Source: Spirochaetaceae bacterium
GTDB lineage: Bacteria > Spirochaetota > Spirochaetia > DSM-2461
Reading direction: 5' to 3'
DNA length: 64,000 nt
NCBI GenBank assembly: GCA_965224705.1
Contig: OZ245056.1
Span: forward strand, 2,368,001-2,432,000
Of the stretch, positions 19,156-29,137 are shown in pieces. The notes under the pieces were generated by a model. It was not told the DNA's origin, ran no database searches, and saw only the letters and a program-made list of their open reading frames with translations. Every line of letters starts with the position of its first letter. Position 1 is the stretch's first letter. The position numbers were made by a program, and so were the translations under genes.

Positions 19156-20444
19156 GATTCTCACCAACTTCTTACCAACTGGTTTCAGTTAAATCGGGGA
19201 AAGTCTATTCCGATACCAATGAATGGACTTTGAGCCTTCCTGAAGAATCTCCATCCCTGATTCGGGCAGTGTACAGAGAGAAAAAGCTCAGTATCAGGAG
19301 TGATCTGGAAGGATTATACTGTTTTGCCGACTGGCTTCCTGTCAAACGAACGCTGAGGGGGGCATCGGTACCGATCACGTTCAGAAGTACAGCCCTGGCC
19401 GTTGAACTTGGCCTGAACAATCTCTGGATAACTTTCAGTGGGTGGTGGCCGGAGAAGGGCATCACCATGATCACCGGTACTTTTAAGGAATGCGAAGCAT
19501 ACACCGTATGTGCCCGTATGGGTGAACACTTTCCCCATGTTCTCGTGGTTGCTTCGGCCGGAAACACGGCAAGAGCTTTTGCCCATGTGTGTTCAGACAA
19601 TAACATTCCCCTGCTTCTTTTTGTTCCACAGGATAACACAGGTGATGTCTGGCTGGACAAACCCCTGGCTGATTGTGTGAAGCTTGTCTGTCCTGCGGCC
19701 GGTGGGGATTACTACGATGCGATTCGCATGAGTGAGGCTGCGGTTGCAGGTTCAAGCCTGTTTATTGCAGAGGGGGGGGCAAAGAACATCGCTCGCCGGG
19801 ATGGCATGGGAACCACAGTATTATCTGCCGCGGTAATCATTGGCCGTATCCCGGATGTCTACTTCCAGGCAGTGGGAAGTGGAACCGGGGCCATTGCCGC
19901 GTGGGAGGCAGCCATGCGGCTGGCTGCTGATGGCCGATTCGGAAAGAATTCCATGCGGCTTATGGTGAGTCAGAATGAGCCTTTTACACCTATGGCGGAT
20001 TCCTGGAATGCTGACAGCCGGGATTTTATTGTAAAAGATGATGAATCGGCGAGAAAGCTTGCAGGACAGGTGAATGCAAAGGTTCTCACCAATCGACGAC
20101 CTCCCTGGGCAATCCCCGGCGGTTTGTATGATGCCCTGAAATCCACGGGGGGATCTATTCTTACCGCATCCAATGAGGAAGCCTTCAGGGCAGGTGAAAG
20201 ATTCGCAGAACTGGAAGGTTGTGATATCACTCCGGCAGCTTCAGTGGCCGTGGCTTCCTTATTCGATTCAGTAAAAACGGGCAAAGTCGGAAAGGATGAA
20301 GTGGTGATGCTCAATGTAACAGGTGGTGGAGTCCGCGGAATAAAAGAACATGGAGAACTGCATCACATCATCCCGGAGGAAATACTCCCATTGGATTCTT
20401 CTGATGAGAGTATTGTTGAAATCTGTGAGAAGCTCTTCAACTGA
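19152..20444 (+). CDS. Cysteate synthase (PLP-dependent, threonine-synthase-like fold)
   Basis: [20 protein letters not shown] (PLP Lys), [58 protein letters not shown] match the MA_3297/TIGR03844-type family as I recall it. Overlaps the cysN stop (ATGA). Confidence 0.85.
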   Translation: MRFSPTSYQLVSVKSGKVYSDTNEWTLSLPEESPSLIRAVYREKKLSIRSDLEGLYCFADWLPVKRTLRGASVPITFRSTALAVELGLNNLWITFSGWWPEKGITMITGTFKECEAYTVCARMGEHFPHVLVVASAGNTARAFAHVCSDNNIPLLLFVPQDNTGDVWLDKPLADCVKLVCPAAGGDYYDAIRMSEAAVAGSSLFIAEGGAKNIARRDGMGTTVLSAAVIIGRIPDVYFQAVGSGTGAIAAWEAAMRLAADGRFGKNSMRLMVSQNEPFTPMADSWNADSRDFIVKDDESARKLAGQVNAKVLTNRRPPWAIPGGLYDALKSTGGSILTASNEEAFRAGERFAELEGCDITPAASVAVASLFDSVKTGKVGKDEVVMLNVTGGGVRGIKEHGELHHIIPEEILPLDSSDESIVEICEKLFN

Positions 20445-20534
20445 ATTCAATATTTCATGTATAGTGCACAGGAAGGATATCGCTGAATGCAAACTGCAGG
20501 CGAACCCTACCAGCTGATGAGTATTGGAGATTAA

Positions 20535-21824
20535 ATGATTGATATTTTTGCAAAATGTGCGACCAGTGAAGGATACTTCGGAGAACTCAGGACTGCCGGA
20601 GACCGATTTTACACATTACCGGTTATCGATGACATTCCCGGCCCCCTGATGAAGATTCAGGGTCGTGAAAGCATTATGTGGTCGGTCAATAACTACATCG
20701 GCCTTGCCAATGACGCAGAAATCAAAGCTGCTGCGATTGAGGCGGCGGAGAAGTGGTCTGTCAGTTCACCGATGGGCTCCCGTATGATGAGTGGTACGAC
20801 AGGTGAGCATCTGGATCTGGAGAAGTCATTGGCTGAATATGCCCGAAAAGAAGACGCTTTCCTGTTTAATTACGGTTACATGGGTGTCGTGGGAACTGTT
20901 ACCTCCCTCTGTGGACCTGATGATATTCTCATCGTGGACAGGCTTGCGCATGCCTGTATAATTGATGCGGCGTTCAGTGCGAAGGGCGGTCAGGGAGGTA
21001 AACCCATGGTCCGGTTTTTTCGTCACAATGATATGAATGATCTGGAATCGGTACTTGGCAGTGTCAACAAAAACCGTAAGGGCGGGGTGATGATATTGAT
21101 CGAAGGTGTCTACGGAATGACTGGAGACCTGGCTGATCTTCGGAATATTACAATGCTGGCAGAAAAGTACAGTGCCCGTATATTCATTGATGATGCCCAT
21201 GGCATTGGAGTTATGGGTAATCAGGGTCGAGGTACGGCTGATTTCTTTGGTGTCCAGGAGAAAATTGACATTTATTTTGGCACATTTGCGAAAACATTTG
21301 CTTCTATCGGGGGGTATGCGGCTACAAGCACTCAGGTTCGGGACTGGATTGCCTTCAATGCTCGAACTCAGGTCTTTGCCAAAGCCCTTCCCATGGTCTA
21401 TGTTAAATCCCTTCAAGTTGCCCTCAAGAAGGTTATCAATGGAAATGACAGACGTGCTGTCATGTGGGAACGTTCCAACCGATTAAAGAATGGTCTTCGA
21501 GAACTGGGCTGTCATATCGGTTCTGGTGAATCCCCCATATGTGCTGTTTACATTCCTGCCGGGGAAAGTCTGGAAGAACTGATCAAAAAAGTTCTCACCT
21601 ATCTGAGAAGAAATGGAGTTTTCTGCACAGGAGTTATCTGGCCCGTCATTCCCCCGGGGATTGTGATGCTTCGAATGATTCCAACTGCCGCTCATACAGA
21701 AGAACACGTGGCTGAAACAGTTGAAGTATTTAGACGAATGCGGGAAGACTTGCATGTGAAGTTTTCTCTGGCTGAAGAGGAAATTGCCAAAGTTGATAAA
21801 ATATACAGGAAGGGAGCTTTATAA
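20535..21824 (+). CDS. Alpha-oxoamine synthase, SulA/CapB-like cysteate acyltransferase
   Basis: WSVNNYIGLAN, PMGSRMMSG, AFLFNYGY, HACIID, EGVYGMTGD, DDAHG, GTFAK (PLP Lys), QVFAKALP, RMIPTAAHT. Lies directly downstream of the cysteate synthase. Confidence 0.75.
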   Translation: MIDIFAKCATSEGYFGELRTAGDRFYTLPVIDDIPGPLMKIQGRESIMWSVNNYIGLANDAEIKAAAIEAAEKWSVSSPMGSRMMSGTTGEHLDLEKSLAEYARKEDAFLFNYGYMGVVGTVTSLCGPDDILIVDRLAHACIIDAAFSAKGGQGGKPMVRFFRHNDMNDLESVLGSVNKNRKGGVMILIEGVYGMTGDLADLRNITMLAEKYSARIFIDDAHGIGVMGNQGRGTADFFGVQEKIDIYFGTFAKTFASIGGYAATSTQVRDWIAFNARTQVFAKALPMVYVKSLQVALKKVINGNDRRAVMWERSNRLKNGLRELGCHIGSGESPICAVYIPAGESLEELIKKVLTYLRRNGVFCTGVIWPVIPPGIVMLRMIPTAAHTEEHVAETVEVFRRMREDLHVKFSLAEEEIAKVDKIYRKGAL

Positions 21825-21862
21825 AAAGGCCCAGGCTCCCAGGAATCTACAGGGAGAGAGTT

Positions 21863-21946
21863 TACCGGCGGCCGGACTTGAACCGGCACGGCACATGTGC
21901 CAGCAGATTTTAAGTCTGCTGTGTCTACCTATTCCACCACGCCGGC
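21863..21946 (-). tRNA. tRNA-Leu (TAA)
   Basis: GCCGGCG..GGAATAGGTAGACAC..GCAGA-CT TAA AA-TCTGC, long variable arm, GCCGG-TTCAAGT-CCGGC, CGCCGGT-A. CCA is not encoded. Confidence 0.95.
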
Positions 21947-21956
21947 TGCATATGTC

Positions 21957-21985
21957 ATCTTAATCGTGCCCATGGGTTGGGTCAA
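21957..21985 (-). promoter_or_regulatory. Sigma70-type promoter of tRNA-Leu
   Basis: TTGACC-17 nt-TAAGAT on the minus strand, just upstream of the tRNA. Confidence 0.6.
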
Positions 21986-22026
21986 CGGTGAATCATATGT
22001 TAGAATAATCTGGAAGGAGAATAATA

Positions 22027-23109
22027 ATGAGTATCAAAATTCTCGACAATATCAAACCGGGTGTTGTCTACGGAAATGATTTAAAAAGACTGTTTGAAAT
22101 TTGTAAGAGTCAGGGGTTTGCTCTTCCGGCAGTGAATTGTGTCAATACTGAATCAGTTAATGGTGCACTTGAAGCAGCTGCCAGAGTTAATTCACCTGTT
22201 ATTATCCAGTTCTCCAATGGGGGATCAACGTTTTTTGCCGGGAAGGGTCTTAAACCCGCCAGGGGCCGGGCCGATGTCATTGGAGGTATTGCTGCTGCCA
22301 ATCACATCCATCATGTTGCGGAGGCCTATGGTATTCCCGTTGTTCTTCACACAGATCATTGTGCGAAGAAGCTGCTGCCATGGCTGGATGGACTGCTGGA
22401 TGCCGGTGAAGAGTTTTACAAGGAAAAGGGTCGGCCGCTTTACAGCTCTCACATGCTTGATCTCTCGGAAGAACCCATTGAAGAGAATGTGAGGATTTCC
22501 GGTGAGTATCTCAGGCGTTTAAGTTCTCTGGATATGTATCTTGAAATGGAACTGGGTATCACTGGCGGTGAAGAAGATGGTGTTGATAACTCGGATAGAG
22601 ATCCAGCCGATCTGTACTCAAAACCTGAGGAAATTGATTATGCCTATACCGAACTGAATAAAATCAGTCCCAATTTCACCATAGCGGCGGCATTCGGTAA
22701 TGTGCATGGGGTGTACAAACCAGGAAATGTCAAACTGACACCGGCCATTCTTGATCAAGGGCAGAAGTATATAGTCCGTAAACACAATCTGACCAATCCT
22801 CATCCAGTCACCTATGTATTTCATGGCGGTTCAGGTTCTTCCCAGGATGAAATCCGCAGAAGTATTGAATACGGTGTGGTGAAAATGAACATTGATACCG
22901 ATACTCAATGGGCGACATGGACAGGAGTGCTGAATTTCTATAAGGAAAACGAAGCTTTTCTGCAGAGCCAGTTGGGGAATCCCAATGGTGCCGATGCACC
23001 GAATAAGAAATACTATGATCCAAGAGTCTGGCTCAGAAAAGGCCAGGAAACGCTGGTGGCTCGTATCATTGAAGCATTCGAAAGCCTCAACGCTGCAGGG
23101 CGTAATTAG
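22027..23109 (+). CDS. fbaA: Fructose-bisphosphate aldolase class II
   Basis: HTDHCAKKLLPW, SSHMLDLSEE, ITGGEEDG, FGNVHGVYKPG, FHGGSG, KMNIDTD, YDPRVWLR. Confidence 0.97.
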   Translation: MSIKILDNIKPGVVYGNDLKRLFEICKSQGFALPAVNCVNTESVNGALEAAARVNSPVIIQFSNGGSTFFAGKGLKPARGRADVIGGIAAANHIHHVAEAYGIPVVLHTDHCAKKLLPWLDGLLDAGEEFYKEKGRPLYSSHMLDLSEEPIEENVRISGEYLRRLSSLDMYLEMELGITGGEEDGVDNSDRDPADLYSKPEEIDYAYTELNKISPNFTIAAAFGNVHGVYKPGNVKLTPAILDQGQKYIVRKHNLTNPHPVTYVFHGGSGSSQDEIRRSIEYGVVKMNIDTDTQWATWTGVLNFYKENEAFLQSQLGNPNGADAPNKKYYDPRVWLRKGQETLVARIIEAFESLNAAGRN

Positions 23110-23127
23110 AGTCATTGCTCATTAGAA

Positions 23128-23955
23128 TTGATTCCCCATTTCATGGACAGATCGAAAAACTGTTACCTTCCCTGTAGAATTATCGATTCCCATTTTCATG
23201 CTCTACACATGAGAAAAAGAGGAATGAATCTTACGGAAATTTTTCGCACTGCATTTTCCAATGGCCTGACAGGGGCCATAGATGTTGCAGTCAATGAGAA
23301 CGATTTTGATGAGCGCCTTGGATTCTCCAATGAATTTGAACTGATCAAGCTTTCGGCCGGTATTCATCCCCTATCATCGGCCAGCGATGGAAAAACAACA
23401 TGGCATGAACGTTTCGAAGTGATCCGGGAACAGGCCAGGCACCCCGATGTTGTGGCAGTTGGGGAAAGCGGACTTGATTTCTACAGGGATCATGTACCGG
23501 TCAGGGTGCAGAAAATGGCATTCAGGGAGCACCTGGATCTGGCTTCAGAACTCAACAAGCCAATAATCATTCATAACCGGGAAGCTGACAGGGATATTTT
23601 GGAACTGGTCAGAGGATCTTCCTGCCGCAGGGGTGTATTTCATTGTTTCTCATCCAACAGGGAAACGGCTGAGCAGGCCCTGGAACTGGGATATTACATA
23701 TCCCTGGCGGGAAACCTCACATACAGGAAGATGGGGATACTTCATGAGGCTGTCAGGATCATTCCCAGGGACAGAATACTTATCGAAACAGATTCGCCTT
23801 ATCTGGCTCCGCAGCATGTAAGAAGGCAGAATAATCATCCTGGATTCATTGGGTATACACTGGAATATCTTGCAGAATTAAGAGGAGAAGACCCCGGGGA
23901 ACTGGCACAGAGCATCAGAGACAATACTCAAAGATTATTCTCAATAGAACCTTAG
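23128..23955 (+). CDS. TatD-family hydrolase/DNase
   Basis: IDSHFH, GIHP, VGESGLDF, IIHNREA, VFHCFS, IETDSPYL. Start uncertain (ATG 23143 possible). Confidence 0.92.
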   Translation: MIPHFMDRSKNCYLPCRIIDSHFHALHMRKRGMNLTEIFRTAFSNGLTGAIDVAVNENDFDERLGFSNEFELIKLSAGIHPLSSASDGKTTWHERFEVIREQARHPDVVAVGESGLDFYRDHVPVRVQKMAFREHLDLASELNKPIIIHNREADRDILELVRGSSCRRGVFHCFSSNRETAEQALELGYYISLAGNLTYRKMGILHEAVRIIPRDRILIETDSPYLAPQHVRRQNNHPGFIGYTLEYLAELRGEDPGELAQSIRDNTQRLFSIEP

Positions 23956-25128
23956 AGGCAGGTAAATGGAAACCTCAGTTCCTTTCTTGACGGCACTCTG
24001 AATTTCAACAGTTCCATTATGGGCTTCTACGACTGTTTTTACAATGTGCATTCCCAGTCCTGTGCCTCCATGCTCTGAATTCGTGTAAAAAGGATCAAAT
24101 ACATGTGTTCTTGTTTCATAGTCCATGCCAATACCATTATCTGCCACAGTTAGACACAGATAGTTGCCTTTTCTCTTTGAAGAAACAATGATTCTGTTGT
24201 TTTTCAGACATGCCTTCAATGAGTTATCAACCAGATTGATAAGAACTCTCAGGATGCGTTCAACATCAAGCAATATGACTTCCTTGAACTCATTACTCCA
24301 TATTAGATCTATTTCCTTTGATTTTGCTGATGCGCCTATACTGTCATTAAGAGATTTAAATAAATCGGCTGTTTTTGAAGGGGCATATACCAGATGTATT
24401 TCACCCTTGGAGTAATCAAGCAGTTCATTGGTTAAACCAGTAAGTCTTACGGTTTCACGATGAATCTGATTTGTGTATTTTTTTAATTCCAGAGTATTCT
24501 CATCATCTCCTTCCAGTTTGAGGGCCAGCATATCCGCATAGGCATTGATGACTGAGAGAGGATTTCGGAGATCGTGCATTATCATTGATGAGAATTTACC
24601 CAGGCTGGAGAGACGATCCTGACGCAGGAGTTGTCTCTGAGCCTGTTTCAGATTATTATTCGCAATGATCAGTTCATTATTGCGCATACGAAGTTCGTGT
24701 ACGAAACTGTCATTACTGCTGCGAACTATACGAGAGATACCCTTCATCAAGGATAATGCTATTGTACCGCGGTCTTTTAATAATTTACGGAAATCATCCG
24801 TTGAAATTGTATAACCGGAGACAGTAGACTGGGTAACCATCGTTGCACTGCGCGGCAACTCATCGACTACACTTAATTCACCGACGAGATTCGGTGCTTC
24901 TGTAACCGTTAGAAGATCGGCACTGTCCGTACCATAATCTACCCATATTCCAACTTTGCCTGTCAGTATTACAAAAAGCCTGTCGGCATCCAGACCCTGA
25001 TTGGCAATTACGGTGTTTTTGTCGATTTTTATTGCATGACAAATATCAGCAATTGCACATCGATCTTCATCGGTTAAATCAGTAAAGGACGCAATTGCAA
25101 CCAGCTTTTCAGCAACACTGTTCATCAT
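23941..25128 (-). CDS. Cyclic-nucleotide-binding-domain sensor histidine kinase
   Basis: N-terminal cNMP domain (VGELSV..PRSAT), H-box MHDLRNPL, NLVDNS, DNGIG, FDPF, GTGLG. Confidence 0.9.
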   Translation of the reverse strand: MMNSVAEKLVAIASFTDLTDEDRCAIADICHAIKIDKNTVIANQGLDADRLFVILTGKVGIWVDYGTDSADLLTVTEAPNLVGELSVVDELPRSATMVTQSTVSGYTISTDDFRKLLKDRGTIALSLMKGISRIVRSSNDSFVHELRMRNNELIIANNNLKQAQRQLLRQDRLSSLGKFSSMIMHDLRNPLSVINAYADMLALKLEGDDENTLELKKYTNQIHRETVRLTGLTNELLDYSKGEIHLVYAPSKTADLFKSLNDSIGASAKSKEIDLIWSNEFKEVILLDVERILRVLINLVDNSLKACLKNNRIIVSSKRKGNYLCLTVADNGIGMDYETRTHVFDPFYTNSEHGGTGLGMHIVKTVVEAHNGTVEIQSAVKKGTEVSIYLPLRFY

Positions 25129-25193
25129 GACAAATCAGCTCAAGATTTCTTTTCAGCACGGCAAAAATTCTGGTTTACTATGCTTTTTTGGAC

Positions 25194-25892
25194 TCACCAT
25201 GCATCTATCATATCATCACTGTCCCGGCTTTCTTCGGCAAAAAGATCCGTTACAGCCCGGATGTCATCAAAATAAATGTAGTATTTTCCATAAGTTTCTG
25301 CGACATTGCATACAATATTGAAGCCGGTAATGCTGACACCCATCCGGTCATTATAATGATAATCACGCTGCTTTAAACTGACTGGAACGGTAACAGTAAG
25401 CTTTTTCCAGCCGGAAAAATTGAGTTTTCCCATTGGAATTACTGCATGATTTCCAAACTGATCGGCCAATGTCAGTTCCAGCTTGTGTTCAGTGTTTCTT
25501 CCAGCTACCCATACCGATATTGTTTTTGTTATTCCTTCAATAGGCAGAGGTCTGGTTGGTTTGAGGGAGAAGGTGATTGCACCTCTATGGTAAAACTCAA
25601 TTTTGGCACCAACAACTCTTTCATCTTTCTCACCCAGACCGAACTGTTGTTCATCTTCAATGACTTCTTTGTTGTTTGAACCACCAAAGAAGGTTCTGAG
25701 TGACATGAAACCATGGTCAGCCGGTATAATACCATACCACAAACCCGTGTCCTCCATCTTGCTGACTGAGATCTCTTTGAGTTTTTGCTGGGCAGTGAGT
25801 TTACCTATTTGTTCAGGGTTAATTTCATTCTGGGCAAACCCTGCGGATAAAACCAGCGTTAAGACAATTACTGTAGCTATAAATTTCTTCAT
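25194..25892 (-). CDS. flaA: Flagellar filament outer layer (sheath) protein, FlaA family
   Basis: Signal peptide MKKFIATVIV; PIEGITKTISVWVAGRN, MGKLNFSGWKKL, YIYFDDIRAVTDLF. Confidence 0.88.
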   Translation of the reverse strand: MKKFIATVIVLTLVLSAGFAQNEINPEQIGKLTAQQKLKEISVSKMEDTGLWYGIIPADHGFMSLRTFFGGSNNKEVIEDEQQFGLGEKDERVVGAKIEFYHRGAITFSLKPTRPLPIEGITKTISVWVAGRNTEHKLELTLADQFGNHAVIPMGKLNFSGWKKLTVTVPVSLKQRDYHYNDRMGVSITGFNIVCNVAETYGKYYIYFDDIRAVTDLFAEESRDSDDMIDAW

Positions 25893-25893
25893 T

Positions 25894-26676
25894 TTATTCT
25901 CCTGCTGTCCAGATTTCTTGAGTTCTTTGTTTTGTGACCAGATGATATCCATCATATTGTGTGTTGTGTATATCCGTAAGTATTTTCAAATGATCCAGAT
26001 ACAGATTGAAGCCGGACACAAGTTCTTCCGGATGAGTTGAGATTACTATTTTTGTCAGACTCAGCGAAGGAACAAGTTTTATGTAATTGGAAGACTGTTT
26101 TATGTGGTTTGGCATTGTGATGAACATGTTTTTCCAGCCAATGAACTTCAGGCTTCCTGGATCTCGGAGATTTTCATTTCTAAATGGATGAAGGCGGTGG
26201 GATATCCCGTTGAAATCTCTAAAAAGAAACTCTATGTTGTAGTTATAATTTGATCCCCAAACCCAGAAATCAAGAGTATGTACCCGTCCAGGCAAGGGTA
26301 CAGCCTTGGGAATGAATTCTCCATCATTCTCAACGCCGGGAATGATCTCTATCTGATTATATCCTTGCCGTATAAATGCAGCGTTGATTCCGAATACACC
26401 CAGCGTTTCAGGTTCTCCAGGATCTGTACCGAATAAGTCAGAAGGCCATTCATTCATGGCATATGCCAGGCGCGGACGGTTTTCTTCGGAGAACTTACTT
26501 CCCCTGACCTGCCATACAATGGGTTCCCCGGTGTCACTAAAGTACCCGGATTCCGGCCCATCCCAGGTTTCAATTATCCTCGACTCCAGTCTTACGGTAA
26601 TCTCGTCTGCACCAAGTGCACCTGACAGTACTACCATCAGTATGATCAAAGTCGAATAAAGGCTGTTTCTTTCCAT
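25894..26676 (-). CDS. flaA: Flagellar filament outer layer protein, FlaA family (second paralogue)
   Basis: TAAGGAG RBS before ATG 26676; WQVRGSKF, RQGYNQIEI, LDFWVWGSNYNY, GSLKFIGWKN, LYLDHLKILTD. Confidence 0.85.
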   Translation of the reverse strand: MERNSLYSTLIILMVVLSGALGADEITVRLESRIIETWDGPESGYFSDTGEPIVWQVRGSKFSEENRPRLAYAMNEWPSDLFGTDPGEPETLGVFGINAAFIRQGYNQIEIIPGVENDGEFIPKAVPLPGRVHTLDFWVWGSNYNYNIEFLFRDFNGISHRLHPFRNENLRDPGSLKFIGWKNMFITMPNHIKQSSNYIKLVPSLSLTKIVISTHPEELVSGFNLYLDHLKILTDIHNTQYDGYHLVTKQRTQEIWTAGE

Positions 26677-26731
26677 TCTTAATCTCCTTATTTGTGATAA
26701 GCAAAACGGTGAACAATCACGTTCATAATAA

Positions 26732-27613
26732 TTATAGAATTGACTGCTTGAATGAGTCAAACCATTTTCGCCTATATTTCAATCTACCGGGGTAAAAAAT
26801 AAGCGATTCCTGATTCTTATCACCCATCACTGATAAAAGAATTTTTCTCATCCTTCTATCATCATTTTCTATACTGGCAATAATCCTTTTACTCCAGTAT
26901 CCTGTTGAGGCCGCTGATTCCGTTATAACTGGCGGTTGAATATCCTGAGTTCCATGGTAGGCCTCAGTATTCATTGAACCGGCCAAAAGAAGTAATACCG
27001 ATGCCTCAGCTGCTTCCTCTACAAAACCATCAGGTAACCTGTCCGTATTGATATCACTAATAACCGGGAAGTTCAAGATTGGATAACGCCCGTTTGTTAT
27101 ACTTTCATATGAAGTGAGTAAACTCTCAATTTCTCCGTTATGGAGTATCAGTGCTGGTTTACCCTGATCAACAGCCATATTTCCTGCAATTTCTCCCATC
27201 CTTATGTAGTTTTGTGTTTTGTCCAGGGCGATACCCGTCACATTTTCAGGAGAATCGGCCAGTGGTTCTCCTCCGGCGATTATTACCTGGCTCCTTTTCA
27301 GTAATGGCCGCTTTGCTTCCTCAGCATTCCATGGGGTAAGAACCACGATATCAGGAATATATGCTAATTCTGCAATTATTTCTGAAAGTGTTTCATCATC
27401 ACTCTGTACTTCATGGATTACACGGATGCCATTCAAACGGGAATTCAATGCAAGCCACCAGCTGTATATCTCCCGGTTGCCAATAGTATCGGCATAAGGA
27501 TCGGATATGAATAGAGCTGTTTGCTGTGAACAACCTGGATTGTTTCCGGCCAAGAGGAGGATGAACAATGTCCAGAGACAGGTTCTCAATATCGACTTAG
27601 ATCGACCAGCCAC
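26732..27613 (-). CDS. Hypothetical exported protein/lipoprotein
   Basis: 293-aa ORF in the operon with a hydrophobic leader ending PGC; no family recognised. Confidence 0.6.
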   Translation of the reverse strand: MAGRSKSILRTCLWTLFILLLAGNNPGCSQQTALFISDPYADTIGNREIYSWWLALNSRLNGIRVIHEVQSDDETLSEIIAELAYIPDIVVLTPWNAEEAKRPLLKRSQVIIAGGEPLADSPENVTGIALDKTQNYIRMGEIAGNMAVDQGKPALILHNGEIESLLTSYESITNGRYPILNFPVISDINTDRLPDGFVEEAAEASVLLLLAGSMNTEAYHGTQDIQPPVITESAASTGYWSKRIIASIENDDRRMRKILLSVMGDKNQESLIFYPGRLKYRRKWFDSFKQSIL

Positions 27614-28250
27614 GTGAGTCCATATAAATCATTGCAGATGACCCGGCCGCCAGCACAATGACAATGAGCCATGCAGTAATTTTTTCATTGTAAATGTAGA
27701 GCATTGGAATAAGTGTAAACAGTGATGGCAGAATTAAAGCCACTGCCAGTATGAGAAATTGTATTCTTCGTTCCATTCTGAGACCATGATCAAGAATAAA
27801 GGCTGTACAGCTCAGCACTGCTATCCAGACAAGGGGCGTAAAAAGATATCGATAAACTTCAAACCCTGGATCCAGGGAAAGAGCTGTCCATACCATATAA
27901 ACAGTGGCTATACCGCTGAACCATCCGGCCAGATTTCTAATCCGGGATTTAGATGTTGGTCTGGTAATGTAGAACGCTGTGACAGTGATCACTCCTGGAG
28001 TCATGGCCCATCCACTGCCCCTGAACCAGTTCCAGAAATACAAATGCATGGAATCCAGCCCGAAAACCATTCTGGATGACAGGCTCAGAGTCAATAATAA
28101 CGAGCCCATTCCAACCAACAGGCCACTGAACCAGGGCATGAGAATTCCCTGCCAGCCTGATAAGGGGGGAGGATAATATGAAATAATCAATAGATACCAG
28201 AGCGGCGCAGCAACAACAAGAAATAAACTCATGAAACCTAAAACTAACAC
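27597..28250 (-). CDS. Hypothetical integral membrane protein
   Basis: Several hydrophobic segments; in operon after rsmA. Confidence 0.65.
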   Translation of the reverse strand: MLVLGFMSLFLVVAAPLWYLLIISYYPPPLSGWQGILMPWFSGLLVGMGSLLLTLSLSSRMVFGLDSMHLYFWNWFRGSGWAMTPGVITVTAFYITRPTSKSRIRNLAGWFSGIATVYMVWTALSLDPGFEVYRYLFTPLVWIAVLSCTAFILDHGLRMERRIQFLILAVALILPSLFTLIPMLYIYNEKITAWLIVIVLAAGSSAMIYMDSRGWSI

Positions 28251-28276
28251 AGGCAGGAGATGTAGGCAATGACTGA

Positions 28277-29137
28277 TTAAGAGGTAAACAATTTGTTTGT
28301 CAGAGCTACCCAGATTTCCGGCCCCATAGTTTCTGCCCTCTGGTTGAGTGCTATCCCCTGATCTCTCAAAATGGATTTGACAGTATCAATACTGGGGAAT
28401 TTTTCAATGTTTCGGGCCGTGTTGAGATTATTATTGATTGTTTTACGCCGTGCATGAAACAGGCTGCGGGTGAGCAGCTGTAATAGATTCAGGTCTGAAA
28501 TCTCTCCATAAGGCTTTGATGGTTCAAGGATTATGATCCGGGATTGTACCCGGGGAACAGGATAAAATGAATTTGGAGATAATCTTCCTCCATCAGTAAT
28601 GCTGTAATTGGCCTGGCAAAGAATTGAAAACGAGGAGTATGCTTTTGTTCCTGTTGAGGCAAGCATGCGCTGAGCCATTTCTTCCTGCACTGTCACAACC
28701 CATCGTTTGGGCATGCATTGAGCTTCTGTAAATGATGCAATGATTGCTGATGCTGCATTGTAGGGAAGATTACCTGTAATTCGGTCTGGATATTCAATTT
28801 CCCATTGATCCTTCCAGGTTTTCATTACATCGCCTGAGATGAGTTTCATGCCTTGAGACGTGTAGGAATCTATGAGCCATTGACAGCAGGCCGGGTCAAT
28901 CTCAAAAACAGTCAGGCAGGAAGATTCGTGTAGTATTAGTTCAGTCATGGCTCCCAGACCTGAACCAATTTCCCAGACTTTTGTGCCAGGTGAGATATCG
29001 AGAAATTCAATGATTTTTTTTCTTGCTCCCTGGTTGATAAGATAGTTTTGCCCCCATCGTTTCCGTGGAGACAGATTATGGGCTTTGAGAAATTTGCGGA
29101 TTGAGGCTGGGGAGTTGTGGTTCAACTGTGTGGACAT
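28277..29137 (-). CDS. rsmA: 16S rRNA m6,2A dimethyltransferase
   Basis: RKRWGQNYL, WEIGSGLGAMT, GNLPYN, FYPVPRVQS, ARRKTI. Confidence 0.95.
   Translation of the reverse strand: MSTQLNHNSPASIRKFLKAHNLSPRKRWGQNYLINQGARKKIIEFLDISPGTKVWEIGSGLGAMTELILHESSCLTVFEIDPACCQWLIDSYTSQGMKLISGDVMKTWKDQWEIEYPDRITGNLPYNAASAIIASFTEAQCMPKRWVVTVQEEMAQRMLASTGTKAYSSFSILCQANYSITDGGRLSPNSFYPVPRVQSRIIILEPSKPYGEISDLNLLQLLTRSLFHARRKTINNNLNTARNIEKFPSIDTVKSILRDQGIALNQRAETMGPEIWVALTNKLFTS

Noticed and set aside
19152..21824. Threonine synthase plus BioF as ordinary amino-acid/biotin genes
   Set aside because: The family-specific motifs and coupling to cysDN fit cysteate synthase and a SulA/CapB-like enzyme better. No other thr or bio genes are nearby.
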